The position numbers were made by a program, and so were the translations under genes. A DNA stretch of 63,127 bases, counting the filler, from Basidiobolus ranarum (taxonomy: Eukaryota), in the NCBI GenBank assembly GCA_040143965.1. It is 45 parts of 45 records of this genome, joined end to end, with 100 filler letters (N's around TTAATTAATTAA, not from the genome) between each part and the next. Parts side by side here need not be neighbours in the genome. Positions count along the whole stretch, not along the records: positions 36,599 to 37,901 come from JASJQH010012494.1; positions 38,002 to 39,304 come from JASJQH010012495.1; positions 39,405 to 40,707 come from JASJQH010012496.1; positions 40,808 to 42,110 come from JASJQH010012497.1; positions 42,211 to 43,513 come from JASJQH010012498.1; positions 43,614 to 44,916 come from JASJQH010012499.1; positions 45,017 to 46,319 come from JASJQH010012500.1; positions 46,420 to 47,721 come from JASJQH010012501.1; 37 more parts are not named here. One strand, given 5' to 3'. Numbering within the stretch: the stretch's first letter is position 1; every line of letters begins with the position of its first letter. Of the stretch, positions 37,474 to 49,381 are shown piece by piece. The notes under the pieces were generated by a model that worked only from the letters and a program-made list of their open reading frames with translations, did not search any database and was not told the DNA's origin.

Positions 37474-38001
37474 GTTAATACCATCAAAGTGGATAGTGGA
37501 TAGCTAGACTGCTCACCAATTAAGTCCTCTGTTCTTGCTGGTTTTTTCCTTTTGTGCCAGCAGGCTTTGGCTTGGAAGCCAATTTTGACTTAGATTTTAA
37601 ACGCTTTTTGAATGGCATTGAAATTTTCAGATGGTAGACTTAGTGCAATGAAATTGCTTAGAAACAGCTTATAATAAACCAAAATTGCCATCCATTACCA
37701 GAAATATCTTGTAAATCCCCTGATGACTCATCTGTGACACCATCTCAGAAACAGCTGATGATATTGATGGGCTGTACCTAAAATACCACCCATACAAGGG
37801 AGGTGTTTTTTTTTCTACAATATCCTTTTCATGCCGCAACACAATTGTTTAAAGAAGCCCTGCTATTATTGTTGCAAATTCTTGTGCTATGAAAGCCAGA
37901 GNNNNNNNNNNNNNNNNNNNNNNNNNNNNNNNNNNNNNNNNNNNNTTAATTAATTAANNNNNNNNNNNNNNNNNNNNNNNNNNNNNNNNNNNNNNNNNNN
38001 N

Positions 38002-38482
38002 GTGTAGACCACAAGACAAGACAAGACAAGACAAGACTGACAGGGAAGATACTTTGGCAAGAATCTTTATTGATAACTGGCATTGATCAGACCTCAGTCT
38101 GATCAAGGAATACATGGGGCTTATATAGATATTGCAAGGTGAAACATAATATACAGAATAGGGAATACATTGTGGCAAGTTTGAGAGTTGAGGTGTTAGG
38201 GACTACAAGGACCAATACAAAGAGGGATGATGTAAGGATGATGTAAGGATGATCAGATGACCTTCCATGGAAGGTCTTGGCAGAAATACACTAAGTGTAG
38301 GATGACATGATTGGGTAGGTTTCATGAAATGTTCCAAAGAACTTGACTTTTATATAAGATAATCTGGATGAACTAACACGAGGTTGACAAGAAGGGATGG
38401 CACAGCAGATAGGATGTCATAATCTAATAATAGAAGAGTTCTATTTGCAATGGATCAGCATGCCAACATCAGAATCATGACA
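38002..38482. repeat. Most of LTR-C (total ~560 bp, TGTCA...TGACA termini, gypsy-like)
   Basis: Overlaps both terminus fragments; contains a (GACAA)n microsatellite. Confidence 0.8.
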
Positions 38483-39304
38483 ACAAATATTATATATCTT
38501 AATCCTAACTTCAATCTTGATTCTTCATATTTTGGCCTGGGTAATGGCTGGTAAGGATGTTGTCAATCATGTCCTCAGTTGAACAGTACTGTAGTTGGAC
38601 ATGCTTATTGTCAATAGCTTCCATAACAAAGTGATATTGAATGTCAATGTGCTTACTTCTAGCATGAAATTTGGCAATTTTAGCTAAAGAAATACAACTT
38701 TGATTATCCTTGAAAATTTTGATGGGTGAGCTTTGAATAATGCCCAAGTCCATGAACAGTTTCCATAACCACCTAGCCTCCTTTGTTATATGTGATGCTG
38801 CCATGTACTCTGCTTCACTTGTTGAAAGTGCTACAGTGGGTTGTTTCTTGCTATTCCAAGATATGGCTGCTTCCCTATAGACAAAGGTATATATGGTGAT
38901 AGATGTTCTGTCCTCAATATCATGTCCCCAATCTGCATCAGTTTTCTCATAAGAATTTGTGTATCTTAATCCCAGATCAATTGTCCTCTTCAAATATCTG
39001 AAAATCCACTTAACTGCTGCATAATGCTCAGATCCTGGGTTTTGCACATGTTGGCTGACTGCTCCCACTGCAAAAGAGAAATCTGGCCAGGTTCCAGTCA
39101 TAGCATAGATCAAACAACCTACCATAGATTGATAAGGGAACTCAGAGCTTTGAAATGACATATTTGGAGCCATATTTGGCCACTTTTTAATGTTTATGAA
39201 GGGATCTTTGACTAGTTTCACACCTGGATCCATGGGAGTTGCTACTGGCTTGCAATTCACCATCCGGTAACATCTGAGAATGTCAGAGATGTATTTAGAT
39301 TGAT
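38483..39304 (-). pseudogene. Ty1/copia RT C-terminus and RNase H
   Basis: YQSMVGCLIYAM, TDADWG, SWNSKKQPTVALSTSEAEYMA, DNQSCI, RSKHIDIQYHFV. Confidence 0.95.
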
Positions 39305-39404
39305 NNNNNNNNNNNNNNNNNNNNNNNNNNNNNNNNNNNNNNNNNNNNTTAATTAATTAANNNNNNNNNNNNNNNNNNNNNNNNNNNNNNNNNNNNNNNN
39401 NNNN

Positions 39405-40707
39405 ATTTTCAGCTAAGTGATATTTGACTAAGTAATGTTAACTAACTTATATGTGATATATGAAATAGTTAGGTGTATAAAGGTAGAGGTAATAAATATG
39501 ATAAAGACAATAAACTTCAACAAGTCTAGCCTTGTACCTTTCTATATTGCCATCAGAGTTGTATTTAACTTTAAACACCCATTGGCAGCCAATTGATTTT
39601 CTATTATCAGGTAAGTTGGTTAAAATCCAAGTTTGATTATCAATCAAAGCCTGGTATTCATCAACCAATGCAGATCTCCAAAATTTTGTGTGAGGGCCAT
39701 TCAGGGCCTCTTTTACAGTCTGGGGCACTTGTATTTGAGCTGTGCAGGCATAGGCCTATTTTTTATACTCATTGATATAGTAATAAGGGCTATTTCTGAT
39801 CCAATTTAATTTCCCGGTCTGGGATTAAGGTACTACAACTCCTGGCATTGTATTGGGCACTTCAGTAGGCTAAATTTTGGTTGAAGGGTCCACAGGAATA
39901 CTATTTTCTTTATTGTTTTGGTTTGAATCAATTTGAATGAATGGATCAGGAGAAAATTGATTTTCATAATCATCTGAGTTCACATTGGGTGAAAATTTTT
40001 CATTTTCGTTAAACAAAACAACCCTGGACTTGATTAACTTGAACATTTTGGTATCATAGAGTCTGTAGGCCTTAATTTGAGTACAATAACCCAGAAATGT
40101 GCATTTCTTACTTTTTGGATCAAATTTAGACCGAATTTGGTCATAATTTTGACAAAGGCAATGCATCCAAAGATCCTCAAATGTTTTACATCAGGTTTAA
40201 CTCCAAACCAAGCTTGATATGGTGTAGAGTTAGAGAGACTACTAGTAAAACTCCTATTCTTCAGATGTACAGCTGTAGCAACAGATTCCACCCAAAACTT
40301 ATGAGATAAATATTGTGCATTTATAATAGATCTTGCCATTTCTATTATAGTCCTGTTAGCTCTTTCAGCAACTCCATTTTCTTGAGGTGATTAGGGGGCT
40401 GTAGTTTTGTGCTTAATTCCATGAACTTTGTAAAAGTGCTCAAATAGTGTTGAAGTATATTATCCACCATTATCGGTATGTATTTTCTTGATTATAGTTC
40501 CAGTTTCAGTTTCCACAAGTGTTTTAAAATCTCTAAAGATAGAGCAAGCTTCTTCTTTTCTTTCCATAAAGTAGACACAAGTGTATCTTGTATAAGCATC
40601 AATAAATGTGATTAAATATCTTTTTCCACCTAAAGATAAATTTTGCATAGGTCCACACAAATCTGAATGAATTAGATCCAATTTTTTGACAGATTTGATT
40701 AAACCAG
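39405..40707 (-). mobile_element. Copia integrase-RT remnant (39523-40707) interrupted by LTR-A (to 39522)
   Basis: IHSDLCGPM, HTDNGG, IGCQWVFKVK, RYKARLV, then TGTTGAAG. Confidence 0.92.
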
Positions 40708-40807
40708 NNNNNNNNNNNNNNNNNNNNNNNNNNNNNNNNNNNNNNNNNNNNTTAATTAATTAANNNNNNNNNNNNNNNNNNNNNNNNNNNNNNNNNNNNN
40801 NNNNNNN

Positions 40808-42110
40808 ACACTGGGCTTGTGTTCAGAACATCTGTGGGAGTAAAATGAGCTATCTTTGGGGCAATTTGGATGAGTTTGAAATTTCCAATATGGAATTGCT
40901 AATTCTCACATTATTCACTTATATATATAATATATGTTCCAACTTTCAGGTAAGTGATATTTAACTATGTAGTGTTAACTTGCTTATATGTGATATATGA
41001 AATAGTTAGGTGTATAAATATAGAGATAACAAATATGATAAAGACAATAAATTTCAACATGATTGGATTGAACTCTCCACTCCTCAATAATCAAAGCTGC
41101 TTCCTTTGCAGTAAGTGTTATTTGAAGACTAATGTTTGCAATAACAAAGAGTCGATAACAAAGCCGTTGTCTTCTTCTTCAACTTCTGATATACTACCAT
41201 TGGTACTGGAATAACCAAGGTCAACATTTAGCTGCAAGACCTCAAAGTTATTTGGACTTATTGGTTTGACCAAAGTTGCACTTTGACCTACATCATTCTG
41301 GTCGTATACCTGTGGTAACTCCACAGTGTCTTGACTCTTGGCAGTGTTACCATAACTTTGAGGCAAACTACAGTCAGTGGACTCAATGGGCAAAAATAAA
41401 GTCAATTTAGTGCACTTATTACTGTTCTTATACACCAGGCTTTGCGCAGCTGGTGGCTTTGTACAGTGACCATGCTTGTGATTATTTTTTCTATGAAGCC
41501 TCTGGCTTTCATAGCTTAAGAATTTGTGACATTGATATCAGGGCTTCTTTGAATATTTGTGTTGCGGTATGAGAAGGATTTTATAGAAAAAAGAATACCT
41601 CCCACATAAGGGTGGTATTTTAGGTATAGCCTATCAATATCATCAGCTGATTGTGAGACAGTGTCACAGATCAGTCATCAGGGGATTTACAAGATATTTC
41701 CGGTAATGGATGGCAATTTTGGCTTATTATAGCTGTTTCTGAGCAATTTCTTTACATCAGGTTTACCATCTGAAAATTTCAATGCCATTGAAAAAGCATT
41801 CAAAATCCAAGTCAAAATTGGCTTCCAAGCCAAAGCCTGCTGGCACAAAAGGAAAAAAACCAGCAAGAACTAAGAATTTAATCGATGAGCAGTCTAGCAA
41901 TCAACTATCCACTTTGGAAGGCATTAACATGCTGGAAACTAACTCAAGTAATGATGAAGCATTAATCTTTTACCAGATGTGTTCCTTTCCAGCAATAGAG
42001 CAAGTGAAGAGATTGTAATCCCCCAATTATGTAGTAAATCAATAGTTGAGCAAAGTTCAACCAAAACACCATCAAGACCATCAACTTCCAAAATGGCTAC
42101 TTTGCCCACT
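40808..42110 (-). mobile_element. LTR-A (to 41059) inserted in the CMC central region (ORF1 and ORF2 starts)
   Basis: Reverse complement of 48000-49050; MPLKKHSKSKSK on the + strand. Confidence 0.9.
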
Positions 42111-42210
42111 NNNNNNNNNNNNNNNNNNNNNNNNNNNNNNNNNNNNNNNNNNNNTTAATTAATTAANNNNNNNNNNNNNNNNNNNNNNNNNNNNNNNNNN
42201 NNNNNNNNNN

Positions 42211-43513
42211 AGTAGGCGTTGGCTTGGAAGCCAATTTTGATTTAGATATTGACCCTTTTTGAATGGCATTGAAACTTTCAGATGGTAAACTTGGTGTAAT
42301 GAAATTGCTTGGAAACAGCTTATAATAAACCAAAATTGTCATCCATTACCGGAAATATCTTGTAGATCCCCTGATGACTCATTTATGGTACCGTCTCAGA
42401 ACCTGCTGATGATATTGATTGGCTATACCTTAAATACCACCCTTACATAGAGGTGTTCTTTTTTCCACAATACCTTTCTCATGCTGCCACACAAACCTTT
42501 TACAGAAGCCCTGCTATAGTTGTCACAAATTCTTGTGCTATCAAAGCAGGAGTCTTCATCAAAAAAATAACCACAAGCATAGTAACTGACACAAATACAC
42601 CAGCTGGACAAAGCCTGGTGAATGAAAACAGTAATAAGTGCACAAAATCCACTATACTTTTGCCCACTGAGTCTACTGACTGTACTTAGCCTCAAAGTTT
42701 TGATAACACTACCAACAGTCTGGATACCATGCAGTTACCACACTAATATGACCAGAATGATGTAGGTAGAAATGCAACTTTGGTCAAACCAGTAAGTCTG
42801 GACTAACATCAAACTAGGTATTAGCCATAAGCCCAAGATTATATTGCTAAAGGGGATCAGCTGGAGCCAGAACTTCCCATTGGAAACTATGCACTTACTA
42901 TTCAACAACATTTCAATACTACTTACTCATCCTAACAAAAAAAATTTAGAGTTGCATTTCATACTATTTTCTTACTATTTTGTAATGGTATTATACTGGT
43001 ATTAAAACAATTATCTTATGGTTTCTCTACCAATTTTTTTTCCTCCAATTTTCTTATGGTGTTACTATCCCTATATTTGTGTTTTCTCTGGTTTTCCTCT
43101 GGAATTTCTTCCCATATTTTTCATAGGGTCAGCTATATAGTAGTAAATTCAATCTGAATGAGCAATTTGAGACAGGATCAAAGTTTGAATCAATTGGGAA
43201 AATGCTTGAAAACATCAAGATACCATCATATTTACCAGGACTCCCATCAATATCCACTCATCTAGGCATTTATTCAAATGGAAAGACTGGAAGTATTTGA
43301 TTTGTATATATTCAAGTGCAATTTTGAAAAGATTTCTGCTTGATAGGTATTGGCAACATTTGGAGTTGTTTGTTGATATTGTTAATATATTCTTACAGCA
43401 TCAACTCACATTGGCAGATCTCAGGCAGATACAGCGACTGTGCAAAGATTTTGTAATTGGATATGAAAAACTTTATTACAGGTTTAAAGAAGATAGACTG
43501 AATCTATGCCAGT
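42211..43513 (+). mobile_element. Internally deleted CMC copy with nested MITE
   Basis: Homology to 48275-48860 then jumps to the 5410 region. Confidence 0.85.
42930..43128. mobile_element. 199-bp non-autonomous CCCTA-type MITE with 3-bp TSD TCA
   Basis: cttactca|TCCTAACAAAAAAAAT...ATTTTTCATAGGG|tcagcta; empty site cttactcagcta at 5531-5542. Confidence 0.78.
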
Positions 43514-43613
43514 NNNNNNNNNNNNNNNNNNNNNNNNNNNNNNNNNNNNNNNNNNNNTTAATTAATTAANNNNNNNNNNNNNNNNNNNNNNNNNNNNNNN
43601 NNNNNNNNNNNNN

Positions 43614-44916
43614 GTTTACCAACTTCCTGCTCCTTGAGTACATCTTTAGCTGCTTTTCTTTCTTTTTCAAGTTGATAAATGTGTACACTTTTGAGATGTT
43701 TCATAAATAGGCCTATACTAGCAAAATTGCCATTTGCATGCAAAAACCCAGGATAAGGCACATGATATAAGTCAAGAACCTTCAGAGTAATGCCTGGCTT
43801 TTGATTCTTCCACAATTGGCTCAAATCCAGGTGATTTTGGTCAAGATTCCGCACCATTTCCAAAATGCTAAACCACTCATCATCAGAGCAAGTGACAACA
43901 GCTGTGACATTCGTAGTCTTTTGGCTTGCCAGTTGTCCTATGAAATTTCTGCTTTCATGTACCCCAGCAATTTTGGGATGTTGTGTGGGCTTAATCGTCT
44001 AACACATATTCTTCTCAGCTACATTGTCACGGTGACATTCATATGTATGATGTAGGATTGACTGAAATCTTGTAGTTCTGCCTACAATTCCCTTATTGCA
44101 ATAATGCTATCAAAATTCACTATGGAGGGTTATTCAAGAGTGCGCAAAGTAGCCATTTTGGAAGTTGATGGTCTTGATGGTGTTTTGGTTGAACCTTGCT
44201 CAACTATTGATTTACTATGTAATTGGGGGATTACAATCTCTTCACTTGCACTATTGCTGTAAAGGAATACATCTGGTAAATTGATAAATGCTTCATCATT
44301 ACTTGAGTTAGTTTCCAGCAAGTTAGTGCCTTTCAAAGTGGATAGTGGATTGCCAGACTGCTCATCAATTAAGTCCTCTGTTCTTGCTGGTTTTTTTCCT
44401 TTTGTGTCAGCAGGCTTTGGCTTGGAAGCCTATTTTGACATGGATTTTGAACACTTTTTGAATGGCATTGAGATTTTCAGTTGGCAAACTTGGTGTAATG
44501 AAATTGCTTAGAAACAGCTTATGATAAACCAAAATTGCCATCCATTACCAGTGTAGTGGGGAGCATTGCTTCCCACTGGCAGGTTGACTTATTTCCACTC
44601 CAAGCTCATACCATTACTATTGCACAGTTTCTATTTTATTATCCTTATTTGACTTACCCACAATTTCTAGCCAATCATATCACACTATCAGTTTTATCCC
44701 CTATTACTTCAGATTCATCAGTATTAACCCACATTAGCCCTATTATTTTCTGGAAAATTCTACAATCTTCAAGAACATTCCATAAGATTTTTGAAATATT
44801 TGATGCAATAGTTCTATTTCATAGTAATCTATAAACAGAACATATTCAATTCAACACAACTTAAGTTACTAATTCACACCTTCAAATCTTGTCCAAAACA
44901 GTTCTAAATCTCCTAA
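43614..44916. mobile_element. CMC ORF2 remnant, then LTR-E (from 44552) fused to an LTR-F fragment
   Basis: catccattaccag|TGTAGTGGGG; HSE array retained at ~44748-44780. Confidence 0.82.
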
Positions 44917-45016
44917 NNNNNNNNNNNNNNNNNNNNNNNNNNNNNNNNNNNNNNNNNNNNTTAATTAATTAANNNNNNNNNNNNNNNNNNNNNNNNNNNN
45001 NNNNNNNNNNNNNNNN

Positions 45017-45153
45017 CTCTTAAATTTACACGGTTCATCCAGTTTAAGAAGAACTCGGCCCCTTAGCACCGAGCCAGCCGACTCGTGTGGTGCTCCATGC
45101 AATATGAGGTAATCTTCAGCAAGTCGAATCTCGAAGCGGGAGATCTTTACCAT
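45017..45153 (-). CDS. Alpha-arrestin (ART family) N-terminal fragment
   Basis: MVKISRFEIRLAEDYLILHGAPHESAGSVLRGRVLLKLDEP matches the arrestin_N start pattern of fungal ART proteins. Confidence 0.82.
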
Positions 45154-45905
45154 TATCTTGAACTTCTTTAATACTAATAGTGAATGAACAATTGGTAAGA
45201 AAGAGGATGATGGTCGTATTTGCTATATATATATATATACATCCAAGGACACCACACCCTATGATTAGTCCGAACATGAACGAATAAAATTTTATTCCTC
45301 CCGAGTCATTTTATTTACGAAATCTCGTCGAGATGATAAAGCTTCAAAACATCCAAATTGGGTCAAAGTTCAATCATATCCAGTTGAAAACAATGCTGGC
45401 TTCTGAGATGTTATGACGCACTTAGCTGTCTGAACTACATAACATAATGTCTAATACGATAATTATACCATTACTAGTGCCCTCTAATCTCGTCAATAAC
45501 CCTAATCTTACCAGTGCATAATAATTCCAAACTTGCTAGAAAGGTGATAGGTTTAGGCACAACGTATTAATGTTAAGCATCTCGACTTCAAAGCTTACCC
45601 GTCAGGTGGGGTCTGCGCGATGGGAATCACAACTCAAAAATAGCAAGTAAAATGCATGACTTATACTGGAATTTCTTAATCGGACTAAAGCCTGGATATG
45701 TCGGTTTATCATTTTCTTGATGCTACTAATCATGGGATTTCCAATATTCATGTTCTTTTAAAGTTAAATTATCCGGAATTTTTCGAAAAGATCTATTGAG
45801 AGAGTAAACACGAATCATATATATCCCCCAATTTGTGACTAGTTTATGCACCTAAGTAGGAAGAACAAAATACCTCCAAAGTGTAGTTTGCTCTAATTCA
45901 CCATA

Positions 45906-46319
45906 ATGGAGTATGGAGCTCAATTCAAGGACTTCTCTTATTGCTTGACAAAAGACATCGACTTACTACTTGTTTTAAGAGTGTACGTTTTACTACCTTT
46001 TAGAAAGTTCTCTTTTGTCTTGTGAAGTTCACTCTTATACTTCAATCCTTTAGTTCTTCTTTAGAAGGAACCAAAGAGCAAAGACCCATAAATGAAGTTC
46101 CCATAGATCCATCGTTGTTACTTTCAAAATTAAATTTGAGGTTTGACATCCATCTTTTTCAAAGCTAAATATTGATTTTGTTCCATATATATTCATCTTG
46201 AGATTATATTTATTTCCAACTCCTAGCTTACCAAGTCAACGTTCGGATCTCTACGTAACTTGTCAACTATTTGCCGATAATAAACCCTTAACAGTAGCTG
46301 TAAGAACGCCCTATAAGCA
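45906..46319 (+). CDS. VPS34: Class III PI3-kinase Vps34, 5' fragment; exons 45906-45982, 46054-46140, 46227-46319+
   Basis: Spliced: MEYGAQFKDFSYCLTKDIDLLLVLRVSSLEG...SDLYVTCQLFADNKPLTVAVRTPYK (Vps34 C2 domain); intron phases consistent. Confidence 0.9.
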
Positions 46320-46419
46320 NNNNNNNNNNNNNNNNNNNNNNNNNNNNNNNNNNNNNNNNNNNNTTAATTAATTAANNNNNNNNNNNNNNNNNNNNNNNNN
46401 NNNNNNNNNNNNNNNNNNN

Positions 46420-46924
46420 TACAATAGTGTCCCAAAGTCCTTTTTCTTGCAGCAGCATTTTCACTTTAATTTTCTAAACTTGATATTTGGTTCCTTCCAA
46501 TTTTTCAGAAGAGGGAAAATTTCCATAAATTTGAGAAGTAGACATTACAGAGAGTGCAAGCTTGGGGCTCATAACCTGTTAAAGTATTTGGGAGCCGGTT
46601 GGAAGTGGTTTGGACAATTAGAGGAATTGGTGGCTTTCACTTATTGATTTATTGAGTAGAAAGTTGACATTTATAGCTTTGTCAAGATGTAAGCAAACAA
46701 ATGTGTAGAATGTGTTAAGGAATTTCCCAGGAACAAGTGTGCAAAGTTTGGGGCTTTGAGCACAAGTTTGAAAAATCAATATATCTGAGAACTTCTAAGT
46801 TGGTAAAATTATTCAAAGTAAATTCCAATTGAGAATAATGGATAATATCTTAGTGAGATATAAGATAACTAAGTACCAATCTATATATGACTACATAAGT
46901 GTTTAGGCAAAGTTAATTTCAACA
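46420..46924 (-). mobile_element. 5' end of Ty1/copia element: LTR-B (46924-46577), PBS (46576-46565), gag start (ATG 46545)
   Basis: ...CTTTAACA|GGTTATGAGCCC, then MSTSQIYGNFPSSEKLEGTKYQV*KIKVKMLLQEKGLWDTI. Confidence 0.92.
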
Positions 46925-47721
46925 AAGGAAGCTATCAGAAATCTTGATGGAGATAACCTTGATTACAAATAAGCTGGAAAGAGTAGAGGCCCAGAGTCAC
47001 ACAGTCATTAATGAACTGTTTACACACTGCTTATCCTGGATTTCTCAGGGCTAATGGCACTAGGCAACCATTGGTTTTTTTATGTAGCATAGGATGAATG
47101 TGCAAGGATATAAGCAAGCAGAACAAAGCCCCTGACTAAGGTTAAAACCCTACCATCAAATGAGCTACAAGAGGATATAGCTCCTGAGCCTATCCAGGCA
47201 GGATGCTGCACTAATACTGCCAAGAAGCCTGCTGCTGAAGCAAGCCCACAAAATTCAACTAGATAGCAAAAGAAACCATACCTAACATCTCAGTCTAAAA
47301 AGAAAACTCAATCCTGCCAGGAAGCTAGAGGAAAATTACAAGCTAAGTCAAAGTTGCCAGCTAGCATTTTGCACTCTCAGTTTTTAGAAAGCATAGATAT
47401 TTATACTACTGCTGATGAAAGTAGTGCAACTGCCAGTAAATTAAAAGCAACCATCCATGGTGTCAGTTTCAAAATCAGCAATGAGTATTCAGAAGCTATT
47501 GAGGAGTATTTCACTTCCAACATAGGTCAGCAAGCAGAACAAGCCTGTTTTGCTTTTTGAAGGAACTGGCAAGACTTGTAAAAGGAACCTATTAAGTTTG
47601 TACTAAAACTCATGTCCAAACTCCACAAAGAGTCCAATCTTCATCCAATTAGCTTGGCTAAAAACAACATTGATTTTTGAACTACTGAGAGTTCTTAGCA
47701 AGTAGCTATTGCTATGGACAA
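46925..47721 (+). pseudogene. Decayed ORF distantly related to CMC ORF2 (possible second family)
   Basis: AYPGFLRANG, then after a frameshift ATIGFFM*HRMNVQ, versus ORF2 AYPGFLQANGNWASIGLLIKHLKNV. Confidence 0.55.
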
Positions 47722-47821
47722 NNNNNNNNNNNNNNNNNNNNNNNNNNNNNNNNNNNNNNNNNNNNTTAATTAATTAANNNNNNNNNNNNNNNNNNNNNNN
47801 NNNNNNNNNNNNNNNNNNNNN

Positions 47822-48330
47822 TGACTAGTTGCTTCCAAATGCTGCATTAATTGCGATATTGCGGCATTATTGCTTGTCATGGCCTGTATAGCAACTTCAT
47901 AGTTTTTACTTATGATTGCATACAAATCATTACGGTGTTCTGCCTGCGATTCCCTTGTTGTAACAATTCTATCCAAATTTTCTACGGAGGGTTGTTCAAT
48001 TGTGGGCAAAGTAGCCATTTTGGAAGTTGATGGTCTTGACGGTGTTTTGGTTGAACTTTGCTCAACTATTGATTTACTACGTAATTGGGGGATTACAATC
48101 TCTTCACTTGCACTATTGCTGGAAAGGAACACATCTGGTAAATTGATTAATGCTTCATCATTACTTGAGTTAGTTTCCGGCATGTTAATGCCTTCCAAAG
48201 TGGATAGTGGATCGCTAGACTGTTCATCAATTAAGTCCGCTGTTCTTGCTGGTTTTTTTCCTTTTGTGCCAGCAGGCTTTGGCTTGGAAGCCGATTTTGA
48301 CTTAGATTTTGAACGCTTTTTGAATGGCAT
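47822..48330 (-). CDS. CMC element ORF2, intact N-terminal part (basic NLS-like start, coiled coil), function unknown
   Basis: Open frame MPFKKRSKSKSKSASKPKP...; CpG-retaining copy. Confidence 0.8.
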
Positions 48331-48542
48331 TGAAATTTTCAGATGGTAAACTTGGTGTAATGAAATTGCTTAGAAACAGCTTATAATAAACCAAAATTGC
48401 CATCCATTACCGGAAATATCTTGTAAATCCCCTGATGACTCATCTGTGACACCGTCTCAGAATCAGCTGATGATATTGATGGGCTATACCTAAAATACCA
48501 CCCTTACGTGGGAGGTGTTCTTTTTTCCACAATATCCTTCTC

Positions 48543-49123
48543 ATGCCGCAACACAAACGTTTAAAGAAGCCCTGCTATTATTGTCGCAAATTCTTGTGCT
48601 ATGAAAGCCGGAGGCTTCATAGAAAAAACAATCACAAGCACGGTCACTGTACAAAGCCACCAGCTGCACAAAGCCTGGTGTATAACAACAGTAATAAGTG
48701 CACTAAATCAACTTTAGTTTTGCCTATTGAGTCCACTGACTGTAGTTTGCCTCAAAGTTTTGGTAACACTGCCAAAAGTCAAGATACCGTGGAGTTACCA
48801 CAGTTATATGACCAGAATGATGTAGGTCAAAATGCAACTTTGGTCAAACCAGTAAGTCCAGACAACTTTGAGGACTTGCTGCTAGATGTTGACCTTGGTT
48901 ATTCCAGTACCGATGGTAGTATATCAGAAGTTGAAGAAGAAGACAATGGTTTTGTTACAGACTCTTTGTTATTGGCAAACATTAGTCCACTCATAACACT
49001 TACAGTAAAGGAAGCAGCTTTGATTATTGAGGAGTGGAGAGTTCAATCCAATCTTAGCAACCAGGTGTTTATTGGTTTTCTTACACTTTTACCACAGTTG
49101 ATTGGCAACTGTTGCTTGCCACA
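48543..49123 (+). CDS. CMC/CACTA-like transposase ORF1, intact N-terminal part
   Basis: CYYC...H...H zinc-finger-like start; overlaps 4290-4585, which continues into the DDE core. Confidence 0.85.
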
Positions 49124-49223
49124 NNNNNNNNNNNNNNNNNNNNNNNNNNNNNNNNNNNNNNNNNNNNTTAATTAATTAANNNNNNNNNNNNNNNNNNNNN
49201 NNNNNNNNNNNNNNNNNNNNNNN

Positions 49224-49381
49224 TGTATGAATACCGCCAAGATACCGTCAAGAAACCGCCGTCACACCATCAAAATCCCTGGCAGAATGCAAGCCAACAA
49301 TATTGTGACGGTTCTCTGATGGTTTTGCTATTTCTGAGGGTGGATCCAATCCGGATCAAATCAGTTTTATTTTTGTTAGGG
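49224..49381 (+). mobile_element. CMC right terminus (...TTTTTGTTAGGG), CpG-retaining copy
   Basis: Reverse complement of 20081-20240. Confidence 0.88.

Larger units (their letters stand above)
36599..37901. mobile_element. CMC ORF2 C-terminus (stop 36870-36872, + strand) and left terminus (to 37123) nested into another copy's ORF2/promoter region
   Basis: QKKNIQLDIQSGVD...ILKRLGILKVTN*; ...TTTCTGTCAGGG|ggaaaggaac. Confidence 0.85.

Noticed and set aside
38008-38040. (GACAA)n microsatellite as an independent feature
   Set aside because: It is an internal part of LTR-C and explains contig breaks at 18229 and nearby.
47912-48349. Plus-strand ORF recurring in several copies (also 2492, 44281, 53634)
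   Set aside because: Antisense to CMC ORF2; its recurrence only reflects repeat copies.
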